Of a DNA stretch of 32,972 nucleotides, positions 24,991-29,967 are shown in pieces. Each line of letters begins with the position of its first letter. The first letter of the stretch is position 1. A program made the translations under genes and the position numbers. Under the pieces are notes generated by a model. That model did not search any database, had not been told where the DNA came from, and saw only the letters and a program-made list of their open reading frames with translations. This DNA is from a virus: positions 1 through 32,972 of the IMG/VR virus record IMGVR_UViG_3300045988_113040; one strand, 5' to 3'.

Positions 24991-25354
24991 AATATCCACG
25001 CTCCTTCAGTTCGTTGTCGATTGCTTCGTCGGTCACGCACATGCATATGGCCTCCACCACCATTTTGTTGAAGTCCGAATGTGTTTGCGGCAACCATTCG
25101 TCGCGAACATTGCGTAGAATTTCATCAGCGCGTTCCAAACCGATTTTTCCGCCCAAATCTTTAACGGTATCGGCCATACATGAGGCGCGGCCTTTCAAAT
25201 ACGCCTCGAACGCGTAACGGTAGTCCGTATCGTTCAATTCTGCGGTTATGGCTACGATGGCGGGTACCGATTCACGGTATTCGGTGAGAGTGTAGGTGTT
25301 CACATCATGCAAGAGCTCTTTGGCTCTTTTGTCAAAATATTCGAATGGTTTCAT
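24983..25354 (-). CDS. Hypothetical protein (123 aa)
   Basis: ORF track. AAGAGG upstream of the ATG. Confidence 0.6.
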   Translation of the reverse strand: MKPFEYFDKRAKELLHDVNTYTLTEYRESVPAIVAITAELNDTDYRYAFEAYLKGRASCMADTVKDLGGKIGLERADEILRNVRDEWLPQTHSDFNKMVVEAICMCVTDEAIDNELKERGYYE

Positions 25355-25395
25355 TTATCAACCTCTTTTCTTGATTGTTTTCATCTATCATATCA

Positions 25396-25417
25396 GGGCG
25401 TGCCTTGCGACACGCCC
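25396..25417 (-). terminator. GC hairpin between the amidotransferase gene and the downstream operon (weak or I-shaped terminator, or a processing site)
   Basis: GGGCGTG-CCTTGCGA-CACGCCC. No U-tract on the minus-strand RNA. Confidence 0.25.
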
Positions 25418-25431
25418 GAAAAACCAATGAT

Positions 25432-25932
25432 TCATACCAACCAATACATATTAGATACCATGACGCCCTGTTTGAGCAGAACGGGTTCCCCTTCAAGCCA
25501 TTTCAGGCAACCGTGGGGGGTAATCAGCGCCACATGTCCCTGACCGCTAAAAACACGGTTGTCGTATCCGCTGCCAATCCATGCACGCACCATGTTTTTA
25601 GTGTCGCACTCATATGGGCCGTCTTCAAAATCGTAGGCAATGCCGTTGTGCGCCACGTACCCACGTTCCGTGCGGAACGGGTGACAATTTTCCGGAACGA
25701 CACTACCATGTGTGGCGTATCTGAAATGAATCAGGCACGGTGCGTATTTGAGCCTATCCCAATGACTGAAGATGAAGCCCACCACTTTCAACGGGTCAAC
25801 ATTCTTGAATACCCTCAACCGTTCGCCATCCCACCAACTGACACCGCCCCCATCCGGGTTCGCCTCACTCATGGCTAGGATATCTTCGGGTTCCGGCATT
25901 GCACCGGGTACTGCTGTTACAATGACACACAT
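25432..25932 (-). CDS. Class II (Ntn-type) glutamine amidotransferase-like protein
   Basis: N-terminal Met-Cys nucleophile (MCVIV). LIHFRYATHGSVVPENCHPF matches the H-x-R-x-A-T-x-G...N-x-H-P-F signature. Confidence 0.65.
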   Translation of the reverse strand: MCVIVTAVPGAMPEPEDILAMSEANPDGGGVSWWDGERLRVFKNVDPLKVVGFIFSHWDRLKYAPCLIHFRYATHGSVVPENCHPFRTERGYVAHNGIAYDFEDGPYECDTKNMVRAWIGSGYDNRVFSGQGHVALITPHGCLKWLEGEPVLLKQGVMVSNMYWLV

Positions 25933-25991
25933 TGTTGTTTTTCTCTTTCCATAATGGCGGGGGCCGGAACGTCCAGCCCTCGAAGATTTTT

Positions 25992-27602
25992 TCAGTCGTC
26001 AACGCGCGTGGCGGCAAGCCGCTTACGAATATGCGCGTAACGCTCGTTCAGTTCGGGACGCCCGGCACGCTTGTACAGGCGCAACGCGGTACGTTCCAAC
26101 GGTTCCACAGTCGGCTTGCCGTGGGATGCGCGTGCGATACGACTGCGGATGATATTCTCGACTACCCGCATGGCCGCCACGTCATGAAGGCGCAGATATT
26201 CGTAGCCAGCCCAAATGTCCCCACAACTGTGCGCGTGGTATAGGTGGAAAGAGTTGAAAGCGGGGGCCCTGTCGCCCGTCATAATCATGGTTGTAGCTAT
26301 CTGTACGTAGCGGTGCAATGGGCGTAGGTTGCGGGACGGGAGCGCGTAGCAGAGTTCCGGGGCCGACAAACGCTCCTCAACAAGCTTGCGGACACGCTCG
26401 CGGCGTTCCTCATGCCTACGGTATTCAAGCGTGGCGAGAGTCGTGTCGCCATGACTGTAGCGTGCGATACGCGAAGCCTCAACGTTGGCTTTGACGTTAC
26501 GACGGATTTCTGCCGCGCGCTTCTGACGTTCCCGTTCCTCTTCGGCTTTCCGTGCCGCCTTGACGCTACGTGCGGCGGCGAGTCGTTCGTCAAGCGTGCG
26601 AAGGGGTGTATCGGTCACGTTGTCGGCCATGCATGAGGCATACCGTCCAATGAGACTCGCCGATACCGTGCCGCGGGGGTGCTTCTCGAAAAACCGCCAC
26701 ATGGCGCGTATCCACTTGACGGCCGGAACAAGCTTATTAGCGGTACCTTCATACCAACAATCGAACGTGCGCAATTCAATGGTATCCGTATGTTCGTCGT
26801 TGACGGCAGTGTGCTTGCCGGTGTAATCCCCGTGGTTGAGAGAGCACCAATAGTCGTCGCCGAGATGGCGCATGTTGAGTAGGCGGCATTGAGCCGCGTC
26901 CAGCCCACGTAGCGCCCAATACCAACGGCTCGCACATTGGTTTGGCGTGCGCGCCACGTGGATATGACCGCCCGAGTTCTCGCCATATTCACGGATGTCT
27001 TCGACAATTCGTTGCAAGTCGGGCAGCATGGACATGTTAAGGATATTGGTTTGTAGTTCCACCCCGTTCCGCTCTAGCGATTGGTCTTTGTCCCAACCGG
27101 CGATAATGTCAGAGTCTATGACGTTTCCCACGAAGTCATCGGACAGTTCTGACTCAAGTTCAATCTCAACGCCAAACGTGAACTGACTGCCGCCCACAAA
27201 CGTGTAAGGGTAGGTGTATTCGTCGTCCTTGCCCGTTGCAAACATTTCATTGACACGGTGACGTGGGCAGTAGTAAGAGTTTTCCGAACCGCCGCAATAC
27301 TCGCACAGCACAGCGTTACAACTGTAGTTGTCACAGCTATAGTAGTCGCTGCCGTCTAGGTCAATCGGCGTGCCGCATTGCGCGCACCATTCTGACTCGT
27401 AGTCAAAATCGGCGGCGGTATCGACGTGGCGCAGCTCACCGTTATGTAAACTGATATAGAAGTCGCTGCCGATTGCAACGCACTTGGCGGTTCCATCGGG
27501 CCACTTGGAACGGTATGCCTTAAACAGGCGCTGCGCTTGTCCATTACGTTCAATCCACTCGCAATATGGTTCGCCGCCGAGTATCGCTATCCTGTCAGCC
27601 AT
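25992..27602 (-). CDS. Amidoligase_2-like (glutamine-synthetase-type) ligase with an N-terminal Cys-rich zinc module and a long charged helical C-terminal extension
   Basis: FTFGVEIELES...DKDQSLERNGVELQT...ENSGGHIHVAR. Cys cluster is CAQCG...CDNYSCNAVLCEYCG...YYCPRH. GAGGTGA lies upstream of the ATG. Confidence 0.6.
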   Translation of the reverse strand: MADRIAILGGEPYCEWIERNGQAQRLFKAYRSKWPDGTAKCVAIGSDFYISLHNGELRHVDTAADFDYESEWCAQCGTPIDLDGSDYYSCDNYSCNAVLCEYCGGSENSYYCPRHRVNEMFATGKDDEYTYPYTFVGGSQFTFGVEIELESELSDDFVGNVIDSDIIAGWDKDQSLERNGVELQTNILNMSMLPDLQRIVEDIREYGENSGGHIHVARTPNQCASRWYWALRGLDAAQCRLLNMRHLGDDYWCSLNHGDYTGKHTAVNDEHTDTIELRTFDCWYEGTANKLVPAVKWIRAMWRFFEKHPRGTVSASLIGRYASCMADNVTDTPLRTLDERLAAARSVKAARKAEEERERQKRAAEIRRNVKANVEASRIARYSHGDTTLATLEYRRHEERRERVRKLVEERLSAPELCYALPSRNLRPLHRYVQIATTMIMTGDRAPAFNSFHLYHAHSCGDIWAGYEYLRLHDVAAMRVVENIIRSRIARASHGKPTVEPLERTALRLYKRAGRPELNERYAHIRKRLAATRVDD

Positions 27603-27676
27603 TGTAAATCACCTCGTTTAATAGATGGCCGATATGTTTTCGTGCCCTTGCGGGACTTGCACCCGCATGTATGCTG

Positions 27677-27902
27677 TCAGGGCTGGACTAGACAGTCCAA
27701 GAGTCGAAACGTTTCCGTGTCAGAGATTTTCGGCGATATCAACGTCTTGATACCGGGCGTTTCGACGTATATTTTTTCGTGGTCTGTGCACAACCACCGC
27801 ACAAGGGTCTCCCCCTTGGTTGCCGTGACGTTGCCGGTCCGTGAGATGGCCGTTTCGTACCCGCGTGCCGCCTTGTTGTCAATGAACGTTTGTTTTTTTC
27901 AT
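27677..27902 (-). CDS. Small early protein needing a +1 shift in an A7 run (or A6 in the true sequence) right after its ATG
   Basis: GAGGTGA-N5-ATG AAAAAAA. Frame 0 stops after 7 codons. The +1 frame encodes 68 clean codons, IDNKAARGYETAISRTGNVTATKGETLVRWLCTDHEKIYVETPGIKTLISPKISDTETFRLLDCLVQP. Confidence 0.4.
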
Positions 27903-27931
27903 TTCAATCACCTCTTTTTTGTGTTGTTTAT

Positions 27932-27961
27932 AATATACATCAATACGACTCTGCGAGTCAA
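27932..27961 (-). promoter_or_regulatory. Early leftward promoter P2
   Basis: Minus strand reads TTGACT, 18 nt spacer, TATATT, preceded by CGACACGCCGAC as at P1. Confidence 0.5.
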
Positions 27962-27975
27962 GTCGGCGTGTCGCG

Positions 27976-28347
27976 TCACAGTTCATTGAGTACATACACT
28001 TTGCGCCATGCCGACTCGGCGCCGTCAATCTCACGCCCGTCCTTGATTGCCTTGCGCAGCCACGGCAACGTGACCCCCTTGAACGCGTCGTCGGTCTGCG
28101 CTAGAAACTCCTTGACGTGCCGCAACGTCGTGGCGCTCAAGTACCGCATACCGATTTCAACGCAGTAAACTTCGGTGTCGTCGTCCGTCTTGCCAACCGG
28201 CGTGACTACCGCCGCAATTGTGCCGTACGACTTAAGCACGAGCTTGGTGCCCCCGCTAGCCACGTAGCGTTCCACGAGCGCCTTTCCATAAAAAGACTGA
28301 TGCCCGTCATACAGCGGTTGAAGTTCGAACGTTCCCTGATACTCCAT
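27976..28347 (-). CDS. Hypothetical early protein (123 aa)
   Basis: ATG 28347 with AGGAG 8 nt upstream (the track starts at GTG 28356, inside the SD). Confidence 0.6.
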   Translation of the reverse strand: MEYQGTFELQPLYDGHQSFYGKALVERYVASGGTKLVLKSYGTIAAVVTPVGKTDDDTEVYCVEIGMRYLSATTLRHVKEFLAQTDDAFKGVTLPWLRKAIKDGREIDGAESAWRKVYVLNEL

Positions 28348-28382
28348 TTTAATCACTCCTTTTGGTTTGTTATGGTTTTGGT

Positions 28383-28547
28383 TCAGGCTATCCAGCTGCT
28401 CGTGATGTCCGCGTAGCCCTTCGGGTCATCGGTCACGGTCAGTGGCGTCAGCTCCCCGTCGCGGTAGGCGTAGACCTCTCCCGCGCCGGTGACGAACACG
28501 CCCTCGCCGTTCTTGATGTATCCTTTGCCGTTCAGTGTCTTGTGCAT
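28383..28547 (-). CDS. Hypothetical early protein (54 aa)
   Basis: ATG 28547 with AAAGGAG upstream. It is the inner part of track ORF 28383..28601. Confidence 0.5.
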   Translation of the reverse strand: MHKTLNGKGYIKNGEGVFVTGAGEVYAYRDGELTPLTVTDDPKGYADITSSWIA

Positions 28548-28572
28548 TTGTTCTCCTTTGGTTGACACTTTT

Positions 28573-28601
28573 AATATACCGCACTTAGCACTATGCGTCA
28601 A
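28573..28601 (-). promoter_or_regulatory. Early leftward promoter P1
   Basis: Minus strand reads TTGACG, 17 nt spacer, TATATT, about 25 nt upstream of the first early ATG. Confidence 0.6.
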
Positions 28602-28647
28602 GTCCGGCGTGTCGTGAGAATGGTTCTCAATCCCAACAGCACAAGTA

Positions 28648-28834
28648 AACCGCGTTAACTAATGAACATGGTCAACACGTTAACCAAGTGAACAGATGAA
28701 CCGCGTCAACACATGAACACGGTTAACATATTAACCACGTCAATGAATGAACCGCGTTAATGAATAAACCGCGTCAACAAGTAAACACGGTTAACACATC
28801 AACGCAGTAAACAGATAAACACAGTTAACAAAAC
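28648..28834. repeat. Eleven tandem 17-bp iterons (12-bp core AACCGCGTYAAC-like plus a 5-nt variable spacer)
   Basis: Units start at 28648, 28665, 28682, 28699, 28716, 28733, 28750, 28767, 28784, 28801 and 28818, an exact 17-bp period. Confidence 0.9.
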
Positions 28835-29214
28835 ACAACAGCAGGGGGAGCACACCCCAACACCCCGGGGGGGGCACCCGAAAACAACACGCGCGGGGCC
28901 TCACCGCACGCCTCGCCAATTGCGCCGACGAGGGCGATGGGACTGGGCACCATCTGAGAGCCATTCTTTGGGGTCTTATACGGTCTTTCACGCCGAACCC
29001 TAGTACTTTTACCTTTCCACGCTGAAAGGCCCTCAGATGCGCCTTTATTCGATTCGGACGCATTCAGCAGCTGCGGCCATGCGACACGTCTCCTTGGATG
29101 GATTATCACTGCTCACTGTAATTCTCTTGGGACAATCCCTTGTTGTCTTCGACCAATTGGACGCCCCCCCACCAACCCACCGCATCACAGGCACCGCGAA
29201 GTTGTGTGCGAAAA

Positions 29215-29364
29215 TCAGGCTTCGACCAGCTCGTACCTGTCTCCAGTCGCTTCATCGAACCTGCCGAGCCTCAATCCATATGCGGCGAGCGGTTCGTTCG
29301 CCAGTTTCTCCCACTCTTCTTCGCCATCGCCGTACACATCCTCGACCACTTCAGCCTCCTGCAT
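29215..29364 (-). CDS. Very acidic small protein (49 aa, about 15 Asp/Glu vs 4 Lys/Arg)
   Basis: MQEAEVVEDVYGDGEEEWEKLANEPLAAYGLRLGRFDEATGDRYELVEA. It is the inner ATG of track ORF 29215..29529. The SD is weak. Confidence 0.35.
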   Translation of the reverse strand: MQEAEVVEDVYGDGEEEWEKLANEPLAAYGLRLGRFDEATGDRYELVEA

Positions 29365-29393
29365 GAGATTGCCGTCGACACGCCGAGGATACG

Positions 29394-29425
29394 AAAAAAA
29401 GGCGGCACGCCTAGAACATGCCGCC
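29394..29425 (-). terminator. Rho-independent terminator/attenuator on the minus strand
   Basis: Minus-strand RNA GGCGGCA-11 nt-UGCCGCC followed by U7 (plus-strand A7 at 29394..29400). Confidence 0.55.
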
Positions 29426-29515
29426 CGTGCATCATTCGCCGGCGCCCCGGCACGGTTGGTGCTCCCGCTAGCAGAGGGTGGTGCGCATCCTTGGAGAGGC
29501 GTTCTGCTTTGTAAA
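29394..29515 (-). ncRNA. Candidate ~120-nt leader or small RNA ending at the terminator
   Basis: TACAAT -10 on the minus strand at 29526..29521 (poor -35). The region is not protein-like in any frame. Confidence 0.2.
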
Positions 29516-29564
29516 TACCGATTGTACACGCTGAGCCTGTGGACAACTCAAGTTAGTGGCAATA

Positions 29565-29624
29565 AATTCTGTGAAAGAATTGTGACGGTTTAGTCGAAGT
29601 TGACACAAAATCAGCATCACAATT
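29565..29624. promoter_or_regulatory. Operator-like AATT(C)TGTGA motifs, two direct and one inverted
   Basis: AATTCTGTGA at 29565..29574, AATTGTGA at 29578..29585, TCACAATT at 29617..29624, all between the divergent promoter candidates. Confidence 0.3.
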
Positions 29625-29626
29625 TC

Positions 29627-29653
29627 TTGACTTTTGGCGTGCCATGGTATATC
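29627..29653 (+). promoter_or_regulatory. Candidate rightward promoter (extended -10 type)
   Basis: TTGACT at 29627..29632, and TGgTATATC at 29645..29653 (spacer only 15 nt). Confidence 0.3.
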
Positions 29654-29693
29654 ACGCGCGCGCACGAGAATGACCCTCCCAAAACCCAATAAA

Positions 29694-29712
29694 TGTAGTA
29701 TGTAGGTGTAGG
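29694..29712 (+). repeat. Three TGTAG(G) repeats, left half of an inverted iteron set
   Basis: TGTAG at 29694, TGTAGG at 29701 and 29707. Confidence 0.8.
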
Positions 29713-29748
29713 TAATAAGGGTATATAGGTTTTTTCCGAAGGACTATT

Positions 29749-29776
29749 TATATATATACGCGCGCGCGCGCGTACA
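29749..29776. repeat. Alternating pyrimidine-purine tract (TA)5(CG)7TACA containing the palindrome TA(CG)7TA
   Basis: Read directly. It is Z-DNA- or cruciform-prone. Confidence 0.85.
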
Positions 29777-29807
29777 GCCATCGGGATGCGAGCGTCAGGT
29801 CGAATCG

Positions 29808-29827
29808 AAAAAAATGCAAAAAAAAAA
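29808..29827 (+). other. A-tracts (A7, TGC, A10)
   Basis: Read directly. An easily melted or bent segment. Confidence 0.85.
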
Positions 29828-29841
29828 TCCCAGAACACCAG

Positions 29842-29864
29842 CCTACATTTCCTACATCCTACAT
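29842..29864 (+). repeat. Three CCTACAT repeats, right half of the inverted iteron set
   Basis: CCTACAT at 29842, 29851 and 29858. An extra TGTAGG lies at 29896..29901. Confidence 0.8.
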
Positions 29865-29967
29865 TTCCTGTGGAAACCAACGATTTCCGACACGCTGTAG
29901 GAGAAGGCTCGTAGCGAGTGTGCTAGGATTGAACCTGTTGAAATCCAGCATACCACAGGAGAAGACC

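Noticed and set aside
28648-28834. The 17-bp tandem array considered as a CRISPR array
   Set aside because: The repeat unit is only 12 bp with 5-nt spacers, far below CRISPR repeat and spacer sizes. There are no cas genes. It is treated as an iteron array instead.
28791-29109. Minus-strand ORFs 28791..29063 and 28825..29109
   Set aside because: They overlap each other in different frames and run into the iteron array. Their composition is Pro/Arg/Cys-rich, and there is no SD. They are judged non-coding.
18736-29364. A lysogeny module (integrase, CI-like repressor, excisionase) or a DNA invertase anywhere in the genome
   Set aside because: No ORF shows tyrosine or serine recombinase motifs, or a repressor-like HTH plus peptidase architecture. 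The only HTH protein is 66 aa. Absence judged by eye is not proof, and profile searches should confirm it.
29376-29385. The 10-mer CGACACGCCG as a dedicated operator. It occurs upstream of P1 (28605..28614) and P2 (27964..27973) on the minus strand, and at 29376..29385 on the plus strand.
   Set aside because: Exact copies also occur inside coding sequences (1205..1214 and 5506..5515), and many 8-of-10 variants exist. It may simply reflect GAC-ACG-CCG codon composition. It is kept only as a feature shared by the two promoters.
29215-29529. The full 104-aa version of the minus-strand track ORF
   Set aside because: The N-terminal half is Pro/Arg/Ala-rich and low in complexity, and it is translated through a terminator hairpin and U-tract. 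Only the acidic C-terminal 49 codons from ATG 29364 look protein-like.
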